Source: Candidatus Micrarchaeota archaeon
Lineage (GTDB): Archaea > Micrarchaeota > Micrarchaeia > Micrarchaeales > CABMGC01
DNA length: 62,171 nucleotides
Reading direction: 5' to 3'
Assembly: GCA_028867145.1 (NCBI GenBank)
Contig: JAGWGX010000003.1
Span: forward strand, 1 to 62,171
Part shown: positions 47,609-57,852 of the stretch, piece by piece
Numbering within the stretch: position 1 is the first letter of the stretch
How the letters are laid out: each line of letters begins with the position of its first letter
The notes under the pieces: generated by a model
The model's database searches: none
Told to the model about the DNA's origin: nothing
What the model saw: the letters and a program-made list of their open reading frames with translations, nothing else
Translations under genes and position numbers: made by a program

Positions 47609-48409
47609 TTAGAAAAAGAAGAAGCTCTTTCCGAAAAGGAAGCTTGAGAGCGTTCTTAGCGACTCAAATATTATCACCACAGCAATGCCGTATCCGAGCA
47701 TACTTTGGTCTATCCTATCCTTGAAATGGCTGCCGATAAGCACTCCTGGAATACCTCCGATTACAAGAAGTCCTGTAAAGGGCAGGTTCACATTGCCAAG
47801 GTATAGCTGCGTCGCAGTTGCGGCAAGCAGTATCAGTCCTCCTTCAAAAATTGCTATTGTTACGGCTGTCCTGTTTGGGAACTTTAGCAATATGATCAGC
47901 GATGAGACAAGAAGAGATCCGGTCGAAACCCCCGTGAGTCCCGCAATGAGCCCAATTCCTGCGCCTACCAGCATTCCCTTTCTCTTCAGCCTAAGCGTAA
48001 GCTTTGGATCCTCTTTATGGTTCATCTTATTTGCGCGCAGCTGAAGCACTATCCCTACTCCCACGAAGAGAAGCACAAGCGCGAGGAACGGGGGAAAGAG
48101 GTTGAATGCCACAAATCTTGAGCTAAAGAAAGCACCCACCACCGCAAGCGGAACGCCTGTTATCGCAATCATGAACGTATAATCGCGGCTTAGCTTTCCC
48201 CTAAGGTAGTTCCTGGCGCTTGCCACAAACTTCGTTACCGTCCCCTGGGTTGTTGCCGTTCCCACGACAAGATTGTGCGCAAGCGAGCTTGCAAAGTCAA
48301 GGTATAATATCGGGGTCATCAGCGCGCCTGAGCCCACGCTTGTAAGGCCCACTATTGCCCCCACGACCAGCCCGAGCGCGACAATTAGTGCGATTGTGAA
48401 CGGATCCAT
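47609..48409 (-). CDS. TSUP (TauE/SafE) family transporter
   Basis: GLTSVGSGALMTP, VVGT, GLTGVSTGSL, GGIPGVLIGS. Confidence 0.9.
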   Translation of the reverse strand: MDPFTIALIVALGLVVGAIVGLTSVGSGALMTPILYLDFASSLAHNLVVGTATTQGTVTKFVASARNYLRGKLSRDYTFMIAITGVPLAVVGAFFSSRFVAFNLFPPFLALVLLFVGVGIVLQLRANKMNHKEDPKLTLRLKRKGMLVGAGIGLIAGLTGVSTGSLLVSSLIILLKFPNRTAVTIAIFEGGLILLAATATQLYLGNVNLPFTGLLVIGGIPGVLIGSHFKDRIDQSMLGYGIAVVIIFESLRTLSSFLFGKSFFFF

Positions 48410-48497
48410 ATCAGGGTGTATTCTCACGCTATACTTTTAAATCAAACTGATTGCCATTTGGGAATAGCTATTTAAAATTTCATTTCCCACTTGGCTT

Positions 48498-49058
48498 ATG
48501 GCAGCTTCAAAAAGGAGAAGAAGGGCAGCAAGGCCGGCTAGGCGCATAAAGGAGAACGGAAGCCAAAAACTAAGGAAATTCGCTCTCGCCCTGTTGATTG
48601 TGCTCCTGATCTACTCTGTATTTATCACCTTCACTTACCTTGGCCTCCAAAAGGCGACCCTTTCACCTGGCATAGTCGCCTTCCCCATTAAGTTTTACGT
48701 CAATTCAACCGCATCTATCCCATCCAATCTAATATCTGTTCCTTTGAACCAGACCTTCTGTCCACAAAACTCCACAATCAGCGCAATGGCGAGCTCGGCA
48801 ACCTTCTCCCCATACTACACAGTCGCATCGTTTGGCCAAAATTTCACCTACACCTTCTTCTATAATTCCACAAGCAAGCCTACCTATGGCATTGGAGTAA
48901 CAAGGCCCTTTAAGCTAAACTACTTCAAGGCAATAACTGTTCAGACAAGCCAGTGCAAGAACTATCCTTATGCACTAAACGGTCTAGCCGTTAATATGCA
49001 GGCGCCCAACTCGACATATGTTGGAAATTTGTATATTGTAAAATACAATAAAAATTAG
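48498..49058 (+). CDS. Membrane-anchored exported hypothetical protein
   Basis: Arg-rich N-terminus, one TM, N/S/T/Y-rich domain with sequons and two Cys. Confidence 0.7.
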   Translation: MAASKRRRRAARPARRIKENGSQKLRKFALALLIVLLIYSVFITFTYLGLQKATLSPGIVAFPIKFYVNSTASIPSNLISVPLNQTFCPQNSTISAMASSATFSPYYTVASFGQNFTYTFFYNSTSKPTYGIGVTRPFKLNYFKAITVQTSQCKNYPYALNGLAVNMQAPNSTYVGNLYIVKYNKN

Positions 49059-49082
49059 CCCAAAAAATGAATTACTTAACAA

Positions 49083-49610
49083 CTACTTCCTCCAGAATTT
49101 ATTTCTAAAGTCGCTAATAACATTAGTAATTATCTCTTTTCCATGAACGGCAAAGTACAGTAGAAAAATTATTCCGACAACTACAAACAGCCCTACCATA
49201 CCAATTATAAGAATAATGTTAAACGGAAAAGAAATTTTGTTAAGAACAAGAGATATGTCCGTTATTGTGCCCGCACTAATTATTATAGTCAAAAGTAGGA
49301 GCAATGCTGTGTATGTATTTAATGCCTTGCTAAGTTTTGCAGAACTTGTACTGAAGTCTTCTAATGCCTTTCTTGTTTTTATTTGATTTATAAGTGCAAA
49401 TCCATCGGATGTTAGACGTATAAGTGCGCCACCATCCAACTCTCCATAAGCATTTCTATCTCTTTCATCCATAAGATCTATGACTCCATCTTTTATGCCG
49501 AATGAGATCACAGTTAATTCAGATTTTTTGGTAGTCAGGACATTTGCATTAACATAATTAGGGTAATGTGCATCTAGTTCCTTAAGCAGTTCTAAAAGAC
49601 TCTTTTCCAT
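49083..49610 (-). CDS. AT-rich hypothetical membrane protein (soluble N-domain + two TM)
   Basis: Intact ORF, two hydrophobic C-terminal segments, visibly more AT-rich than its neighbours. Confidence 0.65.
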   Translation of the reverse strand: MEKSLLELLKELDAHYPNYVNANVLTTKKSELTVISFGIKDGVIDLMDERDRNAYGELDGGALIRLTSDGFALINQIKTRKALEDFSTSSAKLSKALNTYTALLLLLTIIISAGTITDISLVLNKISFPFNIILIIGMVGLFVVVGIIFLLYFAVHGKEIITNVISDFRNKFWRK

Positions 49611-49770
49611 AAATTGTATTTGCACCCTTACTACTTATAAATTACTCACTAAAAAATTCAATCAAAAAATAAACACCTCTCCTTTTTTACAAATTCAAGC
49701 TTTACTCTTTGGCTGAATCTATGTTAGTATGTGGGTAAGCATTTGTAAAAGATGCTAGTTCCATACAAAA

Positions 49771-49841
49771 TGGAGGTAAAGGGAATCGAACCCCTGCCTT
49801 CACCGTGTAAGGGTGACGTCCTACCATTAGACAATACCTCC
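49771..49841 (-). tRNA. tRNA-Val(TAC)
   Basis: Acceptor GGAGGTA/TACCTCC-A, anticodon arm TCACC-CTTACAC-GGTGA, AGGGG-TTCGATT-CCCTT. Confidence 0.95.
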
Positions 49842-49844
49842 GCT

Positions 49845-51059
49845 TTACCTTGCCTTTTTCTCACAAAACTCGTTTAGCCTATTTATTGCCTCCTCCAAAA
49901 CCGGCTTTGCCGGAAGCGCGACAATCCTTATGTGGCTCCTTGCCCCAAATCCTGAGCCCCTTGTTATCTGGACAAGTTTTTCCCTTAGGAACTCGCTTAC
50001 AAACTCCCTATCATTATTGTAGTTCAATGATTTTAAATCTATTCTCGGGAAAATGTAGTACGCGCTATTTGGCCGAACCGTTTGAAGATACGGGTTTTCG
50101 CCAAGCAGCTTGAATGCAAAGTTAACCCTACCCTCAATCTCGCCGACCATCTTCCCTATTGCTTTCCTGTGCTCCTTTGTGTTGCTTATCGCCTCCGCAA
50201 CTGCGTACTGGGCTGGTGCATTCACCGAGACCCTAACCCCCGCAAAATCCGCAAACTTCTTCTTTAGCTCCATTGATGTCTTGTCTTCTCCCGGAACTAT
50301 CATGAATCCAATCCTAAACCCTGTAGCGTCAAGGTTCTTTGAGGCGCCATTTAGTATCACGTGGGGCACCCCCTTTGCAACCTGCGCAACGCTTGTGAAC
50401 TTTGCCTTGTTGTAGACAACCTCATCGTAGATCTCATCGCTCACAAGTATGAGTTTGTGCTCATTTGCAAGGTCTACTATTCTCTCTAAAGTATTTTTCT
50501 TTAGCACTGTGCCTGTCGGGTTGTTTGGATTTGTAAGCATTATGTACTTTATCCCCCTCTTCTCCTTCATCCTCTTTATATGGTCCTCAAGCTCATCTGT
50601 GTCTATGTCCCACTCCCTCTCCTCATCATAGTCAAGGTAGTATGCCTTCCCTTCAGAGAGCTCAATGCTTGGCACGTACTGGGTGTAGTAGGGCCGAAAT
50701 ATTATCGCATGGTTTCCGGGATTTAGAAGCGAGGCATTTAGGAAGTAGAGTCCCTCCGAGACCCCCTGTGTTGTAATAATGTCCTCCTCCTTGAGCTTCA
50801 CATTGAACATTCTCTTGTACCTGCCCTTAACCGCATCAATTAGCTCAGGTATGCCGCTTGACCTGGTATAATAAGTCTTGTTCTCCTTTATCGCCCTGAT
50901 TGCCGCATTCTCAATGTACTTCGGGGTTGGAAAATAAAGTGAGATGTCCCCCCTGTTTAGTGCTATAACCTTTTTTCCGCTTTTAATTAGCCGCTCCGCA
51001 AGCTCATTGTCCTCATCTATCGGATTCAAGGCGTATTTGCTGCGTTCGGATAAAACCAT
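49845..51059 (-). CDS. PLP-dependent aminotransferase class I/II
   Basis: TNPNNPTG, SDEIYD, NGASK, TGFRIG, GSGFG. Confidence 0.93.
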   Translation of the reverse strand: MVLSERSKYALNPIDEDNELAERLIKSGKKVIALNRGDISLYFPTPKYIENAAIRAIKENKTYYTRSSGIPELIDAVKGRYKRMFNVKLKEEDIITTQGVSEGLYFLNASLLNPGNHAIIFRPYYTQYVPSIELSEGKAYYLDYDEEREWDIDTDELEDHIKRMKEKRGIKYIMLTNPNNPTGTVLKKNTLERIVDLANEHKLILVSDEIYDEVVYNKAKFTSVAQVAKGVPHVILNGASKNLDATGFRIGFMIVPGEDKTSMELKKKFADFAGVRVSVNAPAQYAVAEAISNTKEHRKAIGKMVGEIEGRVNFAFKLLGENPYLQTVRPNSAYYIFPRIDLKSLNYNNDREFVSEFLREKLVQITRGSGFGARSHIRIVALPAKPVLEEAINRLNEFCEKKAR

Positions 51060-51107
51060 TTTAGCACAATTAGTAAAAAGCGACTAAGCTATTTATCTCT
51101 ATCTGAC

Positions 51108-51326
51108 TCACAATTTGTCCTCAATGTCCTTCTTTGTGAGGCCTGCCTGCTCCAAGATTGAATGAAGAGTCCCTTCCTTAAGTTCACGGTTGTGGATTGC
51201 TATTGTTACCTTGTGTATTCCATCCGTCAACCTGATGTGGCTTCCCCTCTGCCTTAATGCCGTGAACCTGAAATTTTTCATAAGAACTTTGAGCAGCTTG
51301 GAGTCCTTTACAACCAATCTGGCCAT
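51108..51326 (-). CDS. hicA: HicA-family toxin
   Basis: RQRGSHIRL, HNRELKEGTLHSILEQAGL. Confidence 0.92.
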   Translation of the reverse strand: MARLVVKDSKLLKVLMKNFRFTALRQRGSHIRLTDGIHKVTIAIHNRELKEGTLHSILEQAGLTKKDIEDKL

Positions 51327-51339
51327 AAAACCCGCCTAA

Positions 51340-51612
51340 CTAAGCCTCTGCTAGCAATATCTTCTTCTCCTTTTTAGAAATAGTTGAATCCAGTTCACTT
51401 AGCATAGCTGTTACAAACAAGTTCTGCAGTGCATTTCCCTTGGCACCCCTTATTTTCAGGTCGTCACCTAATATGCTCTCTATTGAAAGTTCTATTGCCT
51501 CCTTGAGCTCCTTTCTCAGGCCTCTTAATGTTTTTGCCTGGTCAACTATCCCTAGAGCTGGAATCCTGGCGATGTACCATCCCTCCTCTCGCCAGATCTT
51601 AATATCCTCCAT
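51340..51612 (-). CDS. hicB: HicB-family antitoxin
   Basis: WREEGWYIARIPALGIVDQAKTL...LKEAIEL; ATG 51612. Confidence 0.85.
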   Translation of the reverse strand: MEDIKIWREEGWYIARIPALGIVDQAKTLRGLRKELKEAIELSIESILGDDLKIRGAKGNALQNLFVTAMLSELDSTISKKEKKILLAEA

Positions 51613-51653
51613 AGTAATATCTTTAAATAAAGAATTATTAATCTTCTGATTTT

Positions 51654-52325
51654 TTACTGTTTTTCCACAAGCCTTGCCTTCTGTATCAGGTATCGTCCCA
51701 CCTTCCCATCCCAAATCTTGTCTGCCTCGTCAATCACTATCCTCTTTTGGAAGAGAGGGGCGTTTAGCACAAATGTCTCCGCCTCTCCCCCCTCAAAGAG
51801 CTGGCTTATTCCGTAGTCCTGGTAGAGCTTTTGCAGCCTTTCTATCAGCCCAAGGTCAAGCTTTGCCCCAATAAAGCTCTCATCAAACCCGTCTGCGCTA
51901 ACCTGGACTATTATCACCTCATACTTCTCGATTAGCTCGGCGAACTCCTTTTCCGGGGCTATTCCCCAGAGTGGGGTTACTGACTTTATGTTGTGCTTCT
52001 TTGCAATCGCATCTATCCTGTCCCTCTGGTACGTGCTTGCGATTGCCCCGCTCACAATCAGCTTTACTTCATTGTCAACAAGTGCCGCCTCAAGGTCTCG
52101 CAGCTCATCCTCCTTGACTCCCTTTGTCTTAACTATAATTTGCTTGATTCCAAGCGCCTCCGCCTGCAGCTTTGTCGCATCGATGTTTGGGTAGTGGAAC
52201 ATGTAGCTGTACTCATTCTCCGTCTGCATTGTAAGGAGAAGATCGATTTTTATTCCCTGCTCGATTGCCTTGTGCAGCGCAAGGGTTGAGTCCATTCCTC
52301 CACTGTAAAGGCACGCATTGGTCAT
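51654..52325 (-). CDS. dph6: Diphthine--ammonia ligase (Dph6 family)
   Basis: LYSGGMDS, SYMFH, GAIASTYQ, PLWG, EGGEAET. Confidence 0.9.
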   Translation of the reverse strand: MTNACLYSGGMDSTLALHKAIEQGIKIDLLLTMQTENEYSYMFHYPNIDATKLQAEALGIKQIIVKTKGVKEDELRDLEAALVDNEVKLIVSGAIASTYQRDRIDAIAKKHNIKSVTPLWGIAPEKEFAELIEKYEVIIVQVSADGFDESFIGAKLDLGLIERLQKLYQDYGISQLFEGGEAETFVLNAPLFQKRIVIDEADKIWDGKVGRYLIQKARLVEKQ

Positions 52326-52954
52326 TTCTGCACCTTTGCAAGCCTCTTCTTCACGTGCTTTAGTGCGGCAAATGTGTCCCTGTCTATTTCGCTAAGCCTC
52401 ATTGCGATGTACTTTGAGTGGTTGTTTAGCTCTGGGATTATCACATACTCAAGAGCGTTTACCCTTCTTTTTGTCTTGTCGATTTCAATCACTAGCCTCT
52501 TGAGACCCTGCTCCCTTTTTGCGATATCGATAATCGTGTTGCTAACTTCCTGGAACGAGTCGCTCACGTCATCAACCGCTGTGCTGGTTGTGAGAAGGCT
52601 GTAGCCCCTGTTTGTCATCGTGAACTCCTTTTGGGCCTTGCTGATTTCTGGGAGCCTTACTCCCATCACGTTCTTTAGGGTTATTTTTACCGGGGTGGTC
52701 TCTGGCATATATGCTGCAACTTTTTCTAGCTCAAAGTCCCCGATATAAGTCGAGGCAACTGCGACTGTCTTGTATGCACCCTGAAGAACTGTGTAAAGAT
52801 AGTTCCTGTCATTTTTTGACTGCTGCAAAAGCTTCATGAACTCAATGACTAAGACCTCCTTCTTTCTCTCAAGGATCGTGTGTCCCTTCTTGGCCATGGC
52901 TCGGGTCTTCTTGAGGTTCATCAGGTTCATTCGTGTTGGGTTTGGCCTTTTCAC
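52322..52954 (-). CDS. atpD: A-type ATP synthase subunit D
   Basis: PTRMNL, KGHTILERK, KTKRRVNALEYVIIP. Confidence 0.96.
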   Translation of the reverse strand: MKRPNPTRMNLMNLKKTRAMAKKGHTILERKKEVLVIEFMKLLQQSKNDRNYLYTVLQGAYKTVAVASTYIGDFELEKVAAYMPETTPVKITLKNVMGVRLPEISKAQKEFTMTNRGYSLLTTSTAVDDVSDSFQEVSNTIIDIAKREQGLKRLVIEIDKTKRRVNALEYVIIPELNNHSKYIAMRLSEIDRDTFAALKHVKKRLAKVQK

Positions 52955-52957
52955 TTT

Positions 52958-54337
52958 TCACGCCTTTTTCTTGTAGTACTTTGCGATGTAGTCCTTCTTG
53001 ATTCTTGTGAGCTCATCCTCCTTTAGGTATGAGAGAAGGTCCCATCCGATAGTTAGCGTATCCTCAATTGTCCTTGCCTCGTCCCTTCCCTGTCCAAGGA
53101 ATCTCTTTTCGAAATCCTCACCGAACTTCAGGAAGACCTTATCCGAGTCGCTGAGCGCTTCTGCTCCAACTACAGAGCTGAGGTTCTTTGCATCCTGTGC
53201 CTTTGCGTATGCTCCGTAGAGCTGGTCTGCTACTCCGCTGTGATCCTCTCTTGTCTTTCCTGTTCCGATTCCGTTGTTCTTTAATCTTGAAAGCGAACCA
53301 AGCGGGTTTACTGGCGGATAGATCCCCCTGTTTGCAAGATCCCTGCTGAGGAAAATCTGTCCCTCTGTAATATAACCAGTTAGGTCTGGGATTGGGTGGG
53401 TTACATCGTCTCCAGGCATTGTCACCACGTCAAGCTGGGTTATGCTACCTTTCTTTCCGCTGATGATTCCTGCCCTCTCGTAAATACTTGAGAGGTCGGT
53501 GTACATGTAGCCTGGGTAACCCCTCCTTCCTGGGACCTCTTCCCTTGCGCTTGAGAGTTCTCGAAGCGCCTCTGCGTAGTTTGTCATGTCGTTTAGTATG
53601 ACAAGCACGTGGTATCCCTTCTTGTATGCAAGGAACTCTGCTGTCGTGAGCGCAATTCTAGGAGTGAGGATTCTCTCGATGCTTGGGTCGTCAGCAAGGT
53701 TGATGAATGCAACCGTCCTTGAGAGCGATCCTGCCTTCTTGAACTCGCTGATAAAGTAGGATGCGTCATCTGCTGTGATTCCGATTGCCGCAAATACCAC
53801 TGCAAAGTCTCCGCTTCCCTTAACCTTTGCCTGTTTTGCAATCTGAGCGGTGAGCTCGTTGTGCGGAAGACCTGCTCCAGAGAAAATTGGAAGCTTTTGT
53901 CCCCTGACAAGCGTAATTAATCCATCTATCGATGAGATTCCTGTCTCGATGAAGTCGCTTGGCATTGTCCTTGAGACTGGGTTGATTGGCTCTCCGTTGA
54001 CATCGAACTTCTCCTCGTACTTCACGTCCGCCTTGACATCAATTGGCTTTCCCTGTCCGTCAAAGATCCTTCCGAACATGTCCTCCGAGACTCCGAACCT
54101 GAATGTGTCTCCAAGGAAGGTGACGCTTGTCTTGTCTATGTTGATTCCGTTTGTGGGACCAAACACCTGCACTACTGCATAACCCTCTCCTGTCTCAAGC
54201 ACCTGTCCGAGCCTTGACTCGCCGCTTGCCATATTGATTCTAACTATCTCGTTGTATGCGGCGCTCTTCACATTCTTTACCACTACGAGTGGTCCTGCGA
54301 CGCTCTCAATTGTCTTGTATTCTATTTCGAACTTCAT
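52958..54337 (-). CDS. atpB: A-type ATP synthase subunit B
   Basis: [36 protein letters not shown]. Confidence 0.98.
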   Translation of the reverse strand: MKFEIEYKTIESVAGPLVVVKNVKSAAYNEIVRINMASGESRLGQVLETGEGYAVVQVFGPTNGINIDKTSVTFLGDTFRFGVSEDMFGRIFDGQGKPIDVKADVKYEEKFDVNGEPINPVSRTMPSDFIETGISSIDGLITLVRGQKLPIFSGAGLPHNELTAQIAKQAKVKGSGDFAVVFAAIGITADDASYFISEFKKAGSLSRTVAFINLADDPSIERILTPRIALTTAEFLAYKKGYHVLVILNDMTNYAEALRELSSAREEVPGRRGYPGYMYTDLSSIYERAGIISGKKGSITQLDVVTMPGDDVTHPIPDLTGYITEGQIFLSRDLANRGIYPPVNPLGSLSRLKNNGIGTGKTREDHSGVADQLYGAYAKAQDAKNLSSVVGAEALSDSDKVFLKFGEDFEKRFLGQGRDEARTIEDTLTIGWDLLSYLKEDELTRIKKDYIAKYYKKKA

Positions 54338-54341
54338 GATA

Positions 54342-57300
54342 TCACCTTGCTCCGATTCCCTCCTCTTTCACGAGCGTGTCAAAGGCCAAGTCTACCTCCC
54401 CCCTTATCTTCTTTGTTTGGGATGTGACCTCTTCCTCCTTCCACTCCTTCATCCTTGAGATGTCCGCCTTGACCTTTAGCGAGACTATCTTGTCTGTCGG
54501 GACTCCTGCCTTTACCGCCTCGTTTGCCCTCTTTCCAAAGTAAAGAATAATCTCAAGCATCCTTCTCTGCTTTTCCATGCTAGTGTACGCATCAATCTGG
54601 TCGTACGCGCTCTGCCTTAGGAAATCTTCCCTTAGGATCTTTCCAATTTCAAGCACTATCCTCTCCGTGTCTGGAAGCGCATCAGCTCCGACAAGTTGGA
54701 CAATGTCCTTGAGCTCTGCCTCCCTTTGCAAAAGTGTCATTGCATATTTTCTGTTTGCAGGGAAGTCCTCTCCGATGTTCTTCACATACCAGTCCTCAAG
54801 CGCGTTGAGGTAGAGCGAGTAGCTGTTTAGCCAGTTGATTGATGGGAAGTGCCTTGAAGATGCAAGCGCAGCGTCAAGTGCCCAGTAGGTCTTTGTGACC
54901 CTGAGCGTTCCCTGTGAGACTGGCTCTGAGATGTCTCCTCCTGCTGGCGAGACTGCACCGATGATTGTTATCGAACCGACCTTTCCGCCGATTCCCTCGA
55001 CCTTTCCTCCCCTTTCGTAGAACTCCGAGAGCCTCTTTGAAAGGTATGCTGGGTATCCTTCCTCCCCAGGCATCTCCTCAAGCCTTGAAGAGATCTCTCT
55101 CATCGCCTCTGCCCATCTGGATGTCGAGTCGGCCATGAGCGCTATGTTGTATCCCATGTCCCTGAAGTACTCCGCAATTGTAATTCCAGTGTAGATGCTA
55201 GCCTCTCTTGCCGCGACAGGCATGTTGCTTGTGTTTGCAATCAGTATGGTTCTCTCGATGAGCGGCCTGTTTGTCTTTGGATCGAGCAGGTGTGGGAATT
55301 CCACAAGAACCTCTGTCATCTCGTTTCCTCGCTCTCCGCAACCTACGTATACCACGATGTCTGCGTCAGAGTACTTTGCTAGCTGGTGTTGGATGACCGT
55401 GTTGTGCAGCAAAATTGCGCCGTCTCCTCCAATGAAATTCGAGCCATATTCGGGAACTGTTATATCATATACATCAAAAGGCCCCTCTTTTTGCTCTATC
55501 GACACTATTTCATCACAATACAAGTAGTCTAGCGAAAGCCCAAACTTTTGAGTACTGAGTACCATCTGCTGGTTTCCAGAATTTACTAGCATCAAACCCG
55601 TGAATTTTTTGAAGATCCCTGCTCCCATTTTCTCCTTATTGCCGGTATAATTGTGGATCTCTACCCCTTCTTTTTTGAGTTCTGCGTAAGGCAGCGTGAA
55701 CTTGTAAAGCTCCTTAATGTATTCCGGAGATAACGGCACAACATCTATCGCACTCCATGAATTTGCCTTTGATTTTACATATTCTGAAATTTTTAATATT
55801 TTTTCATGGCTGATTCCGGAAGAATTCATAGCCTCATGCAGAATTGCAAGGTTTTCTTTTCCCCTAACAAATATTCTATAGTAAGGCACGCCCCCAATCA
55901 CTCTTTTGTTTAAGGAGTTCAAAACCCCAAATCTAGTTAAGATGTAAGATAATTGAGTGGAGAGTTTTGCGCTTGCGGTCGTAAATTCAACCTGGCCATC
56001 ATAGTAAGAACCATCGCCTATGTGATATGCCGATAGGAATGTAGCTAGAGATTTATTCCCAGATTTCATAAGTACTCCTGGAATCTGTTTTTCGCCTGCC
56101 TTATCTCCGCATCCAATTTTCCTGAGCAAATTTCCAAGGACCTTGCTATGCAGCAGCACATTGGGCGTCTTTTCTGATTGCCTCTCTACCTTTCCATCAA
56201 TATCAAAGAGTTTTTTGGCAAGCTCAAGGAATCTCACTAGCAATTTTTCATCCGAATTTGTGAATACGACCGTATTCTTTGCCCTGATATACCCCTCGGA
56301 TATGTAATAGCCTAGAAACTCTGCCAGTTCTGGCGTCATCCTTTCGGGTAGTTTAATTTGTTTCATTCTGCCTTTGTAATCCACATCGCCGAATTCTATT
56401 TTCGCATCGCCATTCTTGGAATCAAATTTCCTGACTGAGGCTATGTACTGGCCCACCTTTAGGTCCTTTGCCATGCTCTCAATTATTTCGCCCTTCTCAT
56501 TTACTCTGAATAATTTATGGACTGGCGTTACCTTGACACTCCTCCCTGTCCTAGTCCTAACCTCAACCAAAGAGTCGCTCTTTCCCTTGTAAATGTACAT
56601 TGACTTGGACTTTATTATTTCAGAATTTTTAAGCGAGTAAACTCCCAAAGGCGTTTTCAATTTGATTATTGTCTCATTTTCATTCTGTTCGATTCCGCTA
56701 TTATTCTTAATTGCAGAATCGTAAATCTCCTTTATTCTCACAATATCTCCATTAGATAGCAAAACAGGTGTGTCTCCGCTTACACATTTTCCAGATCCAA
56801 ACGGACCAGGGACTGCGGCCGTTCCTCCCTTTGCGATTGGGAAGAAAGTATCCACCACCCTTTGTCCTGTTACAAGTGGGTCTGCAGATCTATACTTCTC
56901 TTTGAATGGTGAGGACATTCTAACCGACCTCTTCTGTGTCATTGTGAGGCTAATATTTTTTCCATCCGCCTTAATCACCGCAACCTCTTCTGTGATTGTA
57001 AAGTTTCCTTCCTTTATCTTCTCAACTGTTCCATGGATCCCGTAAGGAACCATGATGTAGTGCTTCATTAGCTGGGTCTCCTGAACGTATCCAATTATTG
57101 CACCCTCGCCAACCTTTGCTCCCTTCTTTACTGTCGCGACAAACTTCCACTTTCTCTTCCTGTCAAGTGGGGCAACGTCTATTCCTCTTGAGATAAAGCT
57201 TCCAGAGACCTTCTCTATTGCCTCAAGCGGCCTTTGCACTCCGTCGTAAATCTTTCCAAGGAGCCCTGGCGCAAGCTCGACCGATAGCGGAAGTCCTGTT

Positions 57301-57491
57301 GAGTCTACTTTCTCTCCTGGCTTGAGTCCTGAGGTGTCCTCATAGACTTGGATTATCGCCCTGTCCTTTCTAAGCTGAATTACCTCTCCAATCAGCTTTA
57401 GGCTTCCTACCCTGACCACGTCATACATGTTGCTTCCGAGCATCTCCCTTGCTACTACCAAAGGCCCTGCTATTTTTTCTATTATTCCCAA
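54342..57491 (-). CDS. atpA: A-type ATP synthase subunit A, intein-containing
   Basis: GPFGSGK|intein|[21 protein letters not shown]; TTG start 4 nt after AGTGA. Confidence 0.97.
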   Translation of the reverse strand: MGIIEKIAGPLVVAREMLGSNMYDVVRVGSLKLIGEVIQLRKDRAIIQVYEDTSGLKPGEKVDSTGLPLSVELAPGLLGKIYDGVQRPLEAIEKVSGSFISRGIDVAPLDRKRKWKFVATVKKGAKVGEGAIIGYVQETQLMKHYIMVPYGIHGTVEKIKEGNFTITEEVAVIKADGKNISLTMTQKRSVRMSSPFKEKYRSADPLVTGQRVVDTFFPIAKGGTAAVPGPFGSGKCVSGDTPVLLSNGDIVRIKEIYDSAIKNNSGIEQNENETIIKLKTPLGVYSLKNSEIIKSKSMYIYKGKSDSLVEVRTRTGRSVKVTPVHKLFRVNEKGEIIESMAKDLKVGQYIASVRKFDSKNGDAKIEFGDVDYKGRMKQIKLPERMTPELAEFLGYYISEGYIRAKNTVVFTNSDEKLLVRFLELAKKLFDIDGKVERQSEKTPNVLLHSKVLGNLLRKIGCGDKAGEKQIPGVLMKSGNKSLATFLSAYHIGDGSYYDGQVEFTTASAKLSTQLSYILTRFGVLNSLNKRVIGGVPYYRIFVRGKENLAILHEAMNSSGISHEKILKISEYVKSKANSWSAIDVVPLSPEYIKELYKFTLPYAELKKEGVEIHNYTGNKEKMGAGIFKKFTGLMLVNSGNQQMVLSTQKFGLSLDYLYCDEIVSIEQKEGPFDVYDITVPEYGSNFIGGDGAILLHNTVIQHQLAKYSDADIVVYVGCGERGNEMTEVLVEFPHLLDPKTNRPLIERTILIANTSNMPVAAREASIYTGITIAEYFRDMGYNIALMADSTSRWAEAMREISSRLEEMPGEEGYPAYLSKRLSEFYERGGKVEGIGGKVGSITIIGAVSPAGGDISEPVSQGTLRVTKTYWALDAALASSRHFPSINWLNSYSLYLNALEDWYVKNIGEDFPANRKYAMTLLQREAELKDIVQLVGADALPDTERIVLEIGKILREDFLRQSAYDQIDAYTSMEKQRRMLEIILYFGKRANEAVKAGVPTDKIVSLKVKADISRMKEWKEEEVTSQTKKIRGEVDLAFDTLVKEEGIGAR
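55401..56786 (-). mobile_element. Intein (462 aa) with LAGLIDADG homing endonuclease in the AtpA P-loop
   Basis: CVSGDTPV start, VTPVHKLF block [10 protein letters not shown] and [16 protein letters not shown]...HN/T end; more AT-rich than the exteins. Confidence 0.96.
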
Positions 57492-57495
57492 ATAA

Positions 57496-57852
57496 TCACT
57501 TGTTTGCCATTTTATTAATATCAATTCCGACTGCCCTTAGGATCATCCTCCTTAGCTGGTCCGTCTCGTTTTGCGGCTCGTTGAAGTCCGCAACCTCAAT
57601 AACTAGGGGCATTAGGCTGTTCTCAATTGCGTATGTTAACTTGCGATCCCTGATCTTCTTTGCGAGCGTCTGCGCAATTATTATGATCCCAACATCCTCC
57701 CTTTGGAGAAGCGTCCTGAGCGTGCTCTCAACCTCCTCTGGCTCTGAGACATTGTATGAGGCACTAATCCCTGCGAGCTTTGAGCCGATCGCTAGCAGCC
57801 TGCTGCCTACCACGGCGATTTTGTAATCTTTGTTGCCTACTCTGCCTTCCAT
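57496..57852 (-). CDS. atpF: A-type ATP synthase subunit F
   Basis: KIAVVG, LAGI, DVGIIII, RAVGIDI. Confidence 0.93.
   Translation of the reverse strand: MEGRVGNKDYKIAVVGSRLLAIGSKLAGISASYNVSEPEEVESTLRTLLQREDVGIIIIAQTLAKKIRDRKLTYAIENSLMPLVIEVADFNEPQNETDQLRRMILRAVGIDINKMANK

Noticed and set aside
51613-51714. N-terminal extension of the second HicB
   Set aside because: Overlaps dph6; homology to the first HicB begins at ATG 51612.
57492-57524. AtpA extension [11 protein letters not shown]
   Set aside because: Overlaps atpF; the SD supports TTG 57491.
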